IMG/VR virus record: IMGVR_UViG_3300028177_000001
Location: 1-64,000 of that record
DNA: 64,000 bases
Direction: 5' to 3' (one strand)
Shown: positions 37,715-47,278 of the stretch, piece after piece
Numbering within the stretch: the first letter of the stretch is position 1
Layout of the letters: each line of letters starts with the position of its first letter
The notes under the pieces: model-generated
The model's input: the letters and a program-made list of their open reading frames with translations, nothing else
Databases searched by the model: none
What the model was told of the DNA's origin: nothing
Position numbers and translations under genes: made by a program

Positions 37715-38935
37715 CTACCCGCGAGCTTCACCCAGGTGGCGTTGCGCAACCCGCTCTGGGCTCGGCATCGGAACAGGAAGCCCGCTGAAGTCCCAGCCGT
37801 CGGCAGAGCCTCGCTTGCCCCGAGGCTTCTTCGACAGACTGTAGCCTCGAGCTTTCTCCAGCGCGGCAGCCACGTGCTTGCAACACCAGTGCTGACCCTT
37901 GGGGTCCTTCGCCTCAGGATTCGCAGCTGTGCCTCGGGGCTTGCCGTACAGGTACTTGTTCGCTTTTCCCCAGTGCTCCGGTCCCTGCCACTGCCAGAAG
38001 GGGCAGGTGCAAGACACCTTGACCTGGAGCTTGCTGAGGGCGAGAGTGTTCCCCTTGCGGAACCCCTTGATGCGGATCTTGTAGACTTCGCCCTTAGAGC
38101 CTGTCGCCTTGAACACCCACAGGCCGCTGTCGGGGGAGAACCTCAGGGAGGAGACCTGCACTCCCGGAGCCTTGCTCATCACAGAGGGGCCCGTGTTGGA
38201 GAGGATCTCGTCCAGGGTAGCAGCCGTTCGGGCACGGCCTGTGCGCGCCATGAGCTTGTCGAAGAGCTGCTCTGATTCTCGGCGGGAACCCCACTTCTTG
38301 AGGAACTCGTCGATAGAGTAGACCTCCGCCCGACCCTGCCGGGCGTCCTCGCCTACCCAGATCAGAGGTTCAAAGGGGTCGATATCTCTATGGGACAGGG
38401 TGCACTTCACCACCAGCTTGGCTGCAGAAGCCCATGCTTGCGCGGAGGGCTCGTCTTCCGCCCAGACAGTCATTCCGGTGAAGTTGGCAAACCGGATCCA
38501 GCCATTCTTTGACAGAACCTGGCCTGGTGTCCCGTGGGCGTCCAACTTCTGGTATTCTTCAAGCAGGGAGGGGACCCCGTGGATGAACTCCGTGGCCCAC
38601 TGCTCGTGTCCCCGCCTCGTCTTATGGACCTTCCCGTGCGGATCGATCCAGGCGTAAGAGATCCCGGAAGGGTTGCACTCAGAGGCATAGCGTGCCGCTA
38701 CCCGGCGAGCCGACGCCGAGTAAGTGAGGTTGTCGCGGAGGGTCTCGCTCATCTGAGTGGGGATCACCTTGCCCGAGGAGGGGTTCATGCTGTCTCTCTC
38801 AGGCAGGTTTCCGAACCCAGGGTTCCCCGGAGGCATGCCCAGCTCCTTCTCCCCCTTTCCGGGCATGGGCTCATTCGCTCGGTCCGGTCCTGATTCCTGC
38901 TCGTACAAGAACGTGATGCCTTCAGCGCGCCTCAC
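37715..38935 (-). CDS. tagged mosaic protein with C-terminal SWIM zinc finger
   Basis: CTCPFW...CKHVAA (SWIM CxCx(n)CxH); two RVAxR tags. Confidence 0.75.
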   Translation of the reverse strand: MRRAEGITFLYEQESGPDRANEPMPGKGEKELGMPPGNPGFGNLPERDSMNPSSGKVIPTQMSETLRDNLTYSASARRVAARYASECNPSGISYAWIDPHGKVHKTRRGHEQWATEFIHGVPSLLEEYQKLDAHGTPGQVLSKNGWIRFANFTGMTVWAEDEPSAQAWASAAKLVVKCTLSHRDIDPFEPLIWVGEDARQGRAEVYSIDEFLKKWGSRRESEQLFDKLMARTGRARTAATLDEILSNTGPSVMSKAPGVQVSSLRFSPDSGLWVFKATGSKGEVYKIRIKGFRKGNTLALSKLQVKVSCTCPFWQWQGPEHWGKANKYLYGKPRGTAANPEAKDPKGQHWCCKHVAAALEKARGYSLSKKPRGKRGSADGWDFSGLPVPMPSPERVAQRHLGEARG

Positions 38936-40407
38936 AACAGCCCTTCTTTCGCCAGGAGGGCGCGTAGAGAAGCAGACCGAGTCTTCTGGGACTCAACCTC
39001 TCCGTAGAACAGATGCGGATCGTAGCTGTCTGAGATAGTTTCGTCCCCTTCCTCGGCGTCCTCGGCGTCTCGTTCATCCTCGTTGCCCTCGTGGTCTTCG
39101 AGGGTCTGTACCACCAACCCCTCACTCACCTTGTCGAGCTGTTCGGCGTCAAGCCTGGAGAGATCGTCTTCCCCCACCAGCTCGAAGCAGCGAGCCTTGA
39201 ACTCTTTCGAGTCGGGGTCCACGCCCTGGAGACAAGCACACTGGCGAAGTAGCGCCTCGTCCAGATCTTCGTATGCCTCGGGACCTACCTCTACGTCTAC
39301 GAGATTGAAGAATGCATCCATGTCCTCGTCGGACATGAGGGTCGTGGCGCGGAGGAAGACCTCGACAGGCAACGACTCCATCTGAGGTACGTTCGTGGCC
39401 GACATCACGTAGGTGACCATCCCGGTCATAGGAGAGACCGAGTGCACGTAACCCAGGTGCATTTCCGGGCCGAGGACGAAAGCGATGTCCGGGACCGTGA
39501 GCACCGAGCCCTGCCTGGGCGGCTTCCGCTTGTACCGCTTCGGGTTCTTACGGTACATCTCCCGACGCTTCATGCACCGCTTGTTCTTCTTACACTTGAG
39601 GTGGTAGTACCGCTTCGCCTTAGTGCGGGTGCGACCCCTGGTCTTCTTGTACTCGCGAGCATCCTCGCGCTTCTCCTGGGGGGTCTGACGCCGCTGCGGG
39701 CGACCGTTCTCCCCGCCGCGCTGAGTCGGAGGCAAGAACTTAGCAGCGGCCTCCTCGTGCCTCTCAGCCGTACACGTCGGGCACGGCTCGTGAGCCCCGG
39801 GAAGCACCGAACCCGTACGACGGCGGTTCATCCCGCGCCGACGCTTCTCGCTCCGCTTCCGGGCGGGGTTGTTCTTCCAGCTCGACTTTGAACGCCTGAT
39901 CTTCTGCTTCTGGCGGATTTTGGATCGGTTCCGTCTGTAGTACTGGCGGCTCTTGGTGCGGGACTGCCCCTTCTGGCGACGCTGACGCTTGCCCGGCTTC
40001 CACCGCTGCTTCCAGGCCGACTCCCGCGTCATCAGCACATGGCCGCGCTCGCGGCCGACCTCTACGATGCCCCTCTGCTTCAGCATCCTCTCCGCCGTGG
40101 GGCTAATCACATCCAGACTGAGGGTGAAGTCCTCCCCGTATGCGTCCCGGAGCTCCTCGTACTCATCAAGAGCCATGTCCATGAGTTCGGAACCCAGACG
40201 CTTCCGCTGCCAGGCAGGGTCCACCACTACGTCGAACTCGAAGCCATTGTTGTCCGAAGCGGTGAACAAGGCGGACACGAACTTGCCGTCGACTACATGC
40301 CCAGCCAGAAAGTCCTTGTTAGACAGAATGTTGACGCCGACCGACCGGGCGAGCTCCCAGGGGTCGTTCTCTGCGTCATTTGAATCCCATTCCAGACGAG
40401 GCTTCAT
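38932..40407 (-). CDS. tagged mosaic protein: GNAT-like domain, very basic R/K region, acidic C-terminal domain
   Basis: VVDPAWQRKRLGSEL (GNAT motif A); R/K-rich central part; ends LRALLAKEGLL. Confidence 0.7.
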   Translation of the reverse strand: MKPRLEWDSNDAENDPWELARSVGVNILSNKDFLAGHVVDGKFVSALFTASDNNGFEFDVVVDPAWQRKRLGSELMDMALDEYEELRDAYGEDFTLSLDVISPTAERMLKQRGIVEVGRERGHVLMTRESAWKQRWKPGKRQRRQKGQSRTKSRQYYRRNRSKIRQKQKIRRSKSSWKNNPARKRSEKRRRGMNRRRTGSVLPGAHEPCPTCTAERHEEAAAKFLPPTQRGGENGRPQRRQTPQEKREDAREYKKTRGRTRTKAKRYYHLKCKKNKRCMKRREMYRKNPKRYKRKPPRQGSVLTVPDIAFVLGPEMHLGYVHSVSPMTGMVTYVMSATNVPQMESLPVEVFLRATTLMSDEDMDAFFNLVDVEVGPEAYEDLDEALLRQCACLQGVDPDSKEFKARCFELVGEDDLSRLDAEQLDKVSEGLVVQTLEDHEGNEDERDAEDAEEGDETISDSYDPHLFYGEVESQKTRSASLRALLAKEGLL

Positions 40408-40847
40408 CAGGCATCGTTCCGACGGTAGCGTTCTACAACGCAGCTGGTCATAGTGCGGCGCTGCAAGGTGACTGTGGAGTCGTTCACGGGGTGGCCGCGC
40501 TCCTCGCCGGGCTCGGCCAGGGTTCGGGGCTGGATGTCTGACCTGGAGTCCGGGGTGTTCATCTCGAACTTGCCGATGTCTCGGCCCTCGCCTCCGGGCG
40601 TCGCCGAACCAGGCAGAGGCAACGCCGAGTCAGGCTCTCGGTCCAGGTTCGAGGGCAAGCCCAGACTGGAGTCCTCGTTCACCAGTGTCTTGACTCCGAA
40701 CTCGGGCTCCGAGAAAGAGCCTGTGCGACTCTCCAGGAGCTCCAGGAGCTCGGGGTCCACCCTTTGATGCTTGCGGCTGGGAGAGACGAAGATGTCGCGG
40801 GCGGCGCTGAACGCACGGGCGACCCGGTCAGAAGAAGGGGTGTGCAT
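40407..40847 (-). CDS. tagged hypothetical protein (PSSDRVARAF)
   Basis: ATG at 40847, 2 nt after the upstream stop; TGATG overlap downstream. Confidence 0.65.
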   Translation of the reverse strand: MHTPSSDRVARAFSAARDIFVSPSRKHQRVDPELLELLESRTGSFSEPEFGVKTLVNEDSSLGLPSNLDREPDSALPLPGSATPGGEGRDIGKFEMNTPDSRSDIQPRTLAEPGEERGHPVNDSTVTLQRRTMTSCVVERYRRNDA

Positions 40848-40849
40848 GA

Positions 40850-42502
40850 CTACAGTCCTGTGGAGGTGCGGAGATCCCACGGACCCCAGTGCCCGTACTG
40901 ATTGATCTTCTTGCTGAACTCCTCGGGCTTGTAGACGTGGACGTTGTCTCCAATCCTGCCGAGGGCGTAATAGAACGCTCTGGGCATCTTGAGGTTCCGA
41001 CCGTTCGACTTGTCGATCACCGTGTTCCCGTCCTCAACCCAGCAGTGGCCGTACTTGATCCCCTCAAGCGATCCCTGGCCGGTGACTTCGCCGTGCACAA
41101 GCCGTAGGGACTTGTCGTTGCCGGGGAACATCGCCTCGTTCATGAAGTAGCTGCCGTTGGCCTCGTAGCAGTCGCCGATACTCTTGGCGATACGAACGGG
41201 ACCGAACCGCTCCTCGTACCAGTCCAAATGCCCGTCTTCGTCTGCCTTGTCTGCCTCGCTGGGGGTGCGACCCAGGATCCTGAAGATCACCGCATAGACC
41301 ACCTCTCCGATAGGGAGAGAGGCCAGCGCCATGTACTTAGGATTGCCTGTCATGGCCGACAGTGCAGCAGGGATGACAAAGTGTTCCGCGATTTCAAACA
41401 GGGCGAAGCCGACCCCGAGCTTCCAGCCGTGCTTCTTCACAGCGGTGATTATGGCCTTGACGGTTGTGACCGGGGAAACCGCGTGCCATGAGGCCTGGAG
41501 GGCACGCTTGACCACCTCTTCGGTGATTCGCTTCCGGACCTCGCGGAGACCCTCTTCTACCAGTTCACGCTGAACTTGGGGCGGGAGCCTTCCGGGCTTG
41601 ACTCGGTGTGGGTTAGAGAACCCCCACTGATAACCCTCCTGCCAGTCGGAAGTCTGGGAGCGATCGGGATCAGAGAAGATGTCCCTGTCGGCGTCCCACT
41701 TGCCTCGGGTAGCCCCTTCCATAAACTCGTCTACGTCTGCGTCGACCTCTTCCTCCACAATCGCCTTCACCAGGACCGGAGCGAGCTCCTTGATGATTGC
41801 GTCCATAGCGTCGTCGACGGGTCCCTGGACAAACTCCCTGTGGTGCTTCCAGATTACATCGAAGGGCTGGACGACCCACTGCAACCAGATGTCGCTGAGG
41901 CCTGCCTCTCGATAGCGGCTTGCCACTCTTTCTGGGGACACACTCATGTCGGACCATCCCTGGAAGGCTTCGCAGTCTTCTCTGTCTGTACGTCGAACCT
42001 TCGGCCCATTTCGGAAGTATGTGGTGATCAGCGAAGCCCCGATCCCCTTCTGGCCTCGCCGAGACACAGGCTGGAAGACCAAGACCGGTCCGAGCGTGGA
42101 TCCATCGTACCGAATCGGCTTGCCCCACTCTATGTCAGACTGCCATTCCCGGTACTGGGCCGAGCCCTGGGACTTCCCATTTGCCCAGTCCTTGTGGAAG
42201 TCCCGAAGCGACTGGCGGACATCACTGAGGTTGATTCCACGCTGGTCCATGCGGTACTGAAAGTGTGCAGAGAGCATGACCCCCTTGAACATCGTGCCCT
42301 GGATGCCCTTCTCCGTCCGCGCCTTGTAGACCTTTGAGGCCTCCGAGTTGGTGAAGTCCTCCGCGTCTTCTACGTCTTGAATGAGGTCTTCGCGCAACCG
42401 AGGGTTCTGTACGGTGTCCGTGACCCGCTCAATCACCTGACAAGGCCCGCCTGGATACCCCAGGGGCGGGTTCAGATCTGCGGTAACGAATACGGAACCC
42501 AT
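40850..42502 (-). CDS. tagged mosaic protein: RNase/toxin-like domain, helical domain and Cys-His peptidase/transglutaminase-like domain
   Basis: SAHFQYRMDQRGINLSDV...LITTY; SPERVASRY; GDCYEAN...GHCWVE; GGAGA RBS before ATG 42502. Confidence 0.65.
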   Translation of the reverse strand: MGSVFVTADLNPPLGYPGGPCQVIERVTDTVQNPRLREDLIQDVEDAEDFTNSEASKVYKARTEKGIQGTMFKGVMLSAHFQYRMDQRGINLSDVRQSLRDFHKDWANGKSQGSAQYREWQSDIEWGKPIRYDGSTLGPVLVFQPVSRRGQKGIGASLITTYFRNGPKVRRTDREDCEAFQGWSDMSVSPERVASRYREAGLSDIWLQWVVQPFDVIWKHHREFVQGPVDDAMDAIIKELAPVLVKAIVEEEVDADVDEFMEGATRGKWDADRDIFSDPDRSQTSDWQEGYQWGFSNPHRVKPGRLPPQVQRELVEEGLREVRKRITEEVVKRALQASWHAVSPVTTVKAIITAVKKHGWKLGVGFALFEIAEHFVIPAALSAMTGNPKYMALASLPIGEVVYAVIFRILGRTPSEADKADEDGHLDWYEERFGPVRIAKSIGDCYEANGSYFMNEAMFPGNDKSLRLVHGEVTGQGSLEGIKYGHCWVEDGNTVIDKSNGRNLKMPRAFYYALGRIGDNVHVYKPEEFSKKINQYGHWGPWDLRTSTGL

Positions 42503-42542
42503 GCGCGTTTCTCCAGACGTATACTCTCTCAGGGAGTTTTTG

Positions 42543-42557
42543 ATAGGCCCTGTACCG
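42543..42557 (-). promoter_or_regulatory. putative late promoter variant CGGTAC-N5-CTAT
   Basis: Heads the 42502-to-37304 tagged-protein operon. Confidence 0.55.
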
Positions 42558-42589
42558 GGGGGTCTACATGAACTGAGCCCGGTAACTCT
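42557..42589 (+). promoter_or_regulatory. putative promoter GGGGGGTCTAC-N11-CCGGTAACTCT
   Basis: Boxes identical to 23686-23718; upstream of the vWA gene. Confidence 0.65.
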
Positions 42590-42627
42590 AAGGGTGCAGA
42601 GATACACACTTTCCCCTGGAGCGCCCC

Positions 42628-44994
42628 ATGAATCCCGGTAGTCGTTTTGCCCGGACTGGAAGCAACGTCTTCTACCTCCGCGAAGTCCCCGTCCCCGTTC
42701 CCACCGTGTCCCCTGAGGTCACCCACCACGTCATGGTGGTCGACCGCTCCGGCAGCATGTGGGGCGACATCGAGAAGCTCAAGCAGAGCATCGAACAGGC
42801 CCTCACCGTCGAGGACTACACCGACGCGGACACGCTGACCACGCTGATCAGCTTCTCGGGTCACGGCGACGTCACGCTCCACTGGAAGGGGATTCCGGTC
42901 TCCGAGGTCATGAAGCTGGGCAGCGCGCAGCTGACCGCTCTCCGCTCCATCCGGGCAACCTACCTCACGGGCATCTCCCAGGGCCTCTTCATGGCCCTCG
43001 AGCAGATCGACCCGACCGTCACCACAGGACTGACCCTGTTCACGGACGGCTACGCCAACTCGCCGAGCAGCTACTCCGAGATCCAGTCCCTGGACGCCTT
43101 CGTGGCCAAGGCCCGCGAGAACCCTCGGCTCTTCATGAACTGCATCGGCTACCGCAGCTGGTGTGACTGGCCCCGCATGCAGGCCATGACCAACGCGCTG
43201 TCCGGCCAGACCGTGAAGGCCACTTCCTTCAAGGACGTGCTGAACGCCATGAAGGACACACAGGCTCTCTTGTCCGGCAACCTGCGCCCGGTCCTCCAGG
43301 TGGACGCCCAGGCGGACGGCTCGATGCTGATGGCTGTGAACCACACCACCGGACAGGTGAACGCCAGCAACGGCGACCTTTCCCTGCGCGGCGTCGGCGA
43401 GAGCGACGAAGTCTCCGTCTACGCGGTTCTGGCAGCTCCGGCCACCTACAACATCCCCAAGGGTGTCACGGCCATCCCGAAGGACGAGTCCTTCCTGTTC
43501 GGGGCGCTGGCCACAGCGTACACCTCCCTGTCGGCCCTGCGCCTCGCGAAGGAAGTCCTGTTCGCCTCCGGCAACAAGACCCTCTGGAGTGAGCACCAGG
43601 CGGCCATGACCCCCTCCACCCTGTCCGCAATGCTGTCCGACCTGGCGGCGTGGATCAAGGACGGCGCCAACACCAACTACGAGATGGGCCGCAACGTTCG
43701 TCCGAAGTACAGCCTGTTCGACCTGGCCGACGCTGTCAACGCCCTGCCCCCGTGCCAGCTGGGGGTGGCCTCCGACGAGTTCTACCAGAGCTACCGTCGC
43801 CGGTCTCTCAAGCGCATCCCCGGCGTCCGACTGGACGACGGCACCGTGCAGCCCCCGACCACCAAGCTGGACACGAAGGGAGAGCGGACCTACATCCGCG
43901 CCGTCGAGTTCAACACTTCCGACGCCTCTGTGCAGCTGGGCACCACCTGCGCGGCTCGTGTCGTGGACGTGGCGAGCGGCGAAGTCTACCGGGAGGTTGA
44001 GTTCGTCGACCTGACCAAGGTGTCCGACTTCCGCACCTACACGCTGATCTCCTCCGGTGAGCGGAACATCGAGGTGCTGGCTCTGGAGGTCTACACCGAG
44101 AGCGCCTGGAACGCGCTGACTCCCTTCCTGATCCCGAGCATCGTCGACAAGGGCTTCACTCCGGGAATGAAGGTTCGCCTCCAGCTGAAGAAGTTCCGCC
44201 TGGACGGGGACCAGTGTCCCACCACGCAGGACATCAACCTCGCACTGGAGAAGCGTCTCACCTCCGAGGCTCACGTCAAGGCTCTGTCGGCCATGCAGGA
44301 CAAGGGAGGAGCCTCCTCCTTCAGTCCGGCCCAGGTGGCTGCCCTCAAGGAGAAGAACCTCACCCCGGCTCTGTACTTCTCGGCTCCCACGACCTACGAG
44401 TACACCGACCGCGACGACGCCATCGCCAAGGGCGAGATCGACTCGTTCACCCGCTACAAGATCTTCTTCGGAACGACCAGCATCCTGAGCAGCAAGAGCT
44501 TCCGGTCGGGCAACGCCTTCCTGCAGCGTCGCTACGCCGTGACGGACGCAGCTGGCGAGAAGGGGGCCAAGCCGAAGCTTGACGGCTACCTGGCCGGTGA
44601 CCAGTACGCCGTGAAGCCTCCGGGACGCGGCGCGGACACGGCGGCTGACGTCTTCATGGCCCCCATCGTCGACGGCATCCTCTTCGGAGACCGCTTGAGC
44701 AACGAGCAGATCACCGCCTCCCTGAAGGACCACAAGCGGAACGTGGCTGAGACGAACGAGTTCCTCCAGGGGCTCGTCATGGAGATCGGCTGCACGGGCC
44801 TCCTGCCCGCTGACCTCGACGCGGTGATGACACGCTACGACCCCGACGCCTTCGCGACCAAGTTCAGCGTGAAGCTGGGCAAGGCCGAGAAGGAGGGCAT
44901 CTTCTACGTGTCCGACGACGGTCTGGTCATCAGCATTCTGCCCGAGACCAGCTGGTACACGGTCAGCGTCCCCGACGCGGTGGCGGCCAAGTAG
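42628..44994 (+). CDS. von Willebrand factor A domain protein with long unassigned C-terminal region
   Basis: MIDAS-like VVDRSGSM, LISFS, T in ATYL, LFTDG. Confidence 0.85.
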   Translation: MNPGSRFARTGSNVFYLREVPVPVPTVSPEVTHHVMVVDRSGSMWGDIEKLKQSIEQALTVEDYTDADTLTTLISFSGHGDVTLHWKGIPVSEVMKLGSAQLTALRSIRATYLTGISQGLFMALEQIDPTVTTGLTLFTDGYANSPSSYSEIQSLDAFVAKARENPRLFMNCIGYRSWCDWPRMQAMTNALSGQTVKATSFKDVLNAMKDTQALLSGNLRPVLQVDAQADGSMLMAVNHTTGQVNASNGDLSLRGVGESDEVSVYAVLAAPATYNIPKGVTAIPKDESFLFGALATAYTSLSALRLAKEVLFASGNKTLWSEHQAAMTPSTLSAMLSDLAAWIKDGANTNYEMGRNVRPKYSLFDLADAVNALPPCQLGVASDEFYQSYRRRSLKRIPGVRLDDGTVQPPTTKLDTKGERTYIRAVEFNTSDASVQLGTTCAARVVDVASGEVYREVEFVDLTKVSDFRTYTLISSGERNIEVLALEVYTESAWNALTPFLIPSIVDKGFTPGMKVRLQLKKFRLDGDQCPTTQDINLALEKRLTSEAHVKALSAMQDKGGASSFSPAQVAALKEKNLTPALYFSAPTTYEYTDRDDAIAKGEIDSFTRYKIFFGTTSILSSKSFRSGNAFLQRRYAVTDAAGEKGAKPKLDGYLAGDQYAVKPPGRGADTAADVFMAPIVDGILFGDRLSNEQITASLKDHKRNVAETNEFLQGLVMEIGCTGLLPADLDAVMTRYDPDAFATKFSVKLGKAEKEGIFYVSDDGLVISILPETSWYTVSVPDAVAAK

Positions 44995-45053
44995 CCGCCT
45001 GCTGGGATACCCGTTCCCCCCCTCCTGCCTCGGGGGTCCAGGCCCTGCAACTT

Positions 45054-45094
45054 GAACGGCCCTCTCCCTTCGGGGTGGGGGCCGTTCTCGTTTT
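45054..45094 (+). terminator. intrinsic terminator
   Basis: GAACGGCCC...CCC-TTCG-GGG...GGGCCGTTC stem with UUCG loop, followed by TCGTTTT. Confidence 0.75.
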
Positions 45095-45111
45095 CAGGGT
45101 AGAACTAACAC

Positions 45112-45903
45112 ATGGGTGAAGACGTCCTCTGGCTGGGGGATTGCCTGCACGCGCCGAACCCGGATAGGTTCGAACTCTTGTACGTAGACCCGCCGTTCGG
45201 CCCCGTTGGGGAGGACACCTACTACGGGGTTGGTGCGGATCTGCCTGAATACCTGGAGTACCTCTCTAAGAGAATCCTTAGATTCTGTGCAGGGCGCACC
45301 GACTTCAACCTGGTAGTGCACCTGGACCCTAAGTTCAGCCACTACGTCAAGGTGGCCCTGGACAAAGCCCTGGGCCGAGCAAACTTTCGCAACGAGATCA
45401 TCTGGGGTTGGTCGGGTCCCTCTGTTGCCCAGAGACACCTTCCCAGAAAGCATGGCGTTCTCCTGTGGTGGGGTCTGGGCGACTATCCCTTCAACCCGAT
45501 CCGTGTGCCCTACCAGCCAGGGCTCTCGGTGGGGGGCTCTTCCTCCTGGGACCCCGGCGCGGAAGTTCAAGAGTATCTTGAGCGAGGGAAGCTCATAGAG
45601 GACTGGTGGGTAGACATCCCTCCCTTGATCCGCAACGAAGCAGAGAAGCGGGGATACCCCACGCAGAAACCGTTGCGCCTTCTGGAACGGGTCGTGGGCA
45701 TGCTCTCTAATCCGGGTGGTCTGGTGTTCGACCCTATGATGGGGTCGGGCACCACGGGGGTTCCAGCCCTGCGAGCTGGAAGAAAGTTCCAGGGCTGTGA
45801 TGCCAACCCGGCAGCTGTGGAACTGACAAGGCAAGCCCTGCGCGGGCATCCAGCTACCGTTCTGGTTCTTCTAAGAGAGGGTTCTCTTCAACCTCAGGGG
45901 TAA
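45112..45903 (+). CDS. orphan DNA N6-adenine/N4-cytosine methyltransferase (beta class)
   Basis: YVDPPF (motif IV) precedes YPTQKP and FDPMMGSGTT (motif I); no adjacent restriction enzyme. Confidence 0.9.
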   Translation: MGEDVLWLGDCLHAPNPDRFELLYVDPPFGPVGEDTYYGVGADLPEYLEYLSKRILRFCAGRTDFNLVVHLDPKFSHYVKVALDKALGRANFRNEIIWGWSGPSVAQRHLPRKHGVLLWWGLGDYPFNPIRVPYQPGLSVGGSSSWDPGAEVQEYLERGKLIEDWWVDIPPLIRNEAEKRGYPTQKPLRLLERVVGMLSNPGGLVFDPMMGSGTTGVPALRAGRKFQGCDANPAAVELTRQALRGHPATVLVLLREGSLQPQG

Positions 45904-45911
45904 CATCAAGC

Positions 45912-46199
45912 ATGAACAAGCGCATCGCACAGAAGATCGCAAAGGCATACAACCCGGCGTCTCCGCCCAGCCCTCGGGTCGCTGCCGCCTTCCGTCGTCT
46001 GAAGCTTCCCTTCCCCGAGGCAACGGCCATTCGCGGAGAGAGCCGACTGGTGGTCATGCTGGACGAGGCTCCGGGTCTCGTCCCAGACTACAGTGGCATG
46101 GGAGTCGCTGCCCTTACGCAAGCCTGCAAGGACCGAGGACTGACGGGCTACTCCCAGCTCCGAAAGGCTGGTCTGGTCAAGCTCCTCCGGGGGGAGTAG
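45912..46199 (+). CDS. small protein with Rho-N/HeH-like C-terminal motif
   Basis: LTQACKDRGLTGYSQLRKAGLVKLL. Confidence 0.7.
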   Translation: MNKRIAQKIAKAYNPASPPSPRVAAAFRRLKLPFPEATAIRGESRLVVMLDEAPGLVPDYSGMGVAALTQACKDRGLTGYSQLRKAGLVKLLRGE

Positions 46200-47152
46200 T
46201 GTTCGGCATCGACGGACTGTACGATTACATCTTGATAGACGGACAGCATCTTGTACACAGGGCTGCGCATGCCTACGGAGATCTTAGCTTCGTAGACACG
46301 AACGGGAACGAAGTGCACACCGGGATCATCTACGGGTTTCTCCGCTTGGTCGCCCAGACCTGGAAGAACTACGCCGACCCGAACACTCAGGTGGTTGTGT
46401 GTTGGGAGGGCGGCTACAAGCACCGCACCGCCCTGTACCCCGCCTACAAGGCGAACAGACGCGAGCAGCCCGACGAGGAGAAGCAGGAATACCTGGACGT
46501 CATGTTCTCACAGCAGAGGGCTCTCCAGAAGATCCTCCGCGTCGCTGGGTGGAGCCAGGCCCGAGCGTCGGGCTACGAGGCTGATGATGTTCTCGCAACT
46601 CTCGCCTACCAGCACGGGGACTCCAACGTCGCCCTGTACACCGGTGACCAGGACCTACACCAGTGCGTCACCGACAAGGTGCATGTGGTCTCGGCTGTTC
46701 CAGGCGGAGGCAAGTCGGACAAGATCTGGAAGATCGCTGATGTCGTAGAGAAGTGGGGGCTGGAGCCGGAGCGTGTTCCGGAGGCCAAGGCCCTGGCCGG
46801 AGACTCTGGGGATAACATTCCGGGGTGCCCCGGCTGCGGTCTGGGGTGGGCGAAGAAGCTCCTCGACGGCCCTCGAAGCGTCACAGAGGTGCTCTCCCTG
46901 GCGGAAGCCGGAGTCCTCGAGGGCACGTACAACGGCAAGGCCTGGAGGGCTCCTTCGCTCACGGAGAAGCTTGCAGCCAATCGGGAGCAGGTCCTAATCT
47001 CCTGGGAGCTGGCCAAGGTGGTCCGCGACTGCCCTGTAGAGATTGACGAGGGGGAACGGGACCACGTCAAGCTCAAGGCGATCCTGGAGAGACTCCACAT
47101 GTTCTCTCTGGCTGACGGCAGGAACTGGGAGAGACTCTCCGACGTCAGGTGA
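46199..47152 (+). CDS. 5'-3' exonuclease / flap endonuclease (Pol I N-terminal domain family)
   Basis: ILIDG, YKANR, GYEADDVLATLA, TGDQDLHQ, ALAGDSGDNIPG (H3TH). Confidence 0.92.
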   Translation: MFGIDGLYDYILIDGQHLVHRAAHAYGDLSFVDTNGNEVHTGIIYGFLRLVAQTWKNYADPNTQVVVCWEGGYKHRTALYPAYKANRREQPDEEKQEYLDVMFSQQRALQKILRVAGWSQARASGYEADDVLATLAYQHGDSNVALYTGDQDLHQCVTDKVHVVSAVPGGGKSDKIWKIADVVEKWGLEPERVPEAKALAGDSGDNIPGCPGCGLGWAKKLLDGPRSVTEVLSLAEAGVLEGTYNGKAWRAPSLTEKLAANREQVLISWELAKVVRDCPVEIDEGERDHVKLKAILERLHMFSLADGRNWERLSDVR

Positions 47153-47278
47153 GCAATAGAAATGCTATGCCGGGAACGAGTCCTAACCGACGGGGCGGGA
47201 CGAACCTAACCGTGAACTGTCCCGAGTGTCGACGAAAGCTCGAGGCCGCTGGCGTCTACGTGCCGGGCCTCTAAGAGC

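Noticed and set aside
45112-45903. Restriction-modification system
   Set aside because: No adjacent endonuclease. Orphan methyltransferases are common in phages.
47149-47274. Short ORF with CPEC, or a ribozyme-like segment, after the exonuclease
   Set aside because: No hammerhead core (CUGANGA) is present, and the 41-codon ORF has weak support.
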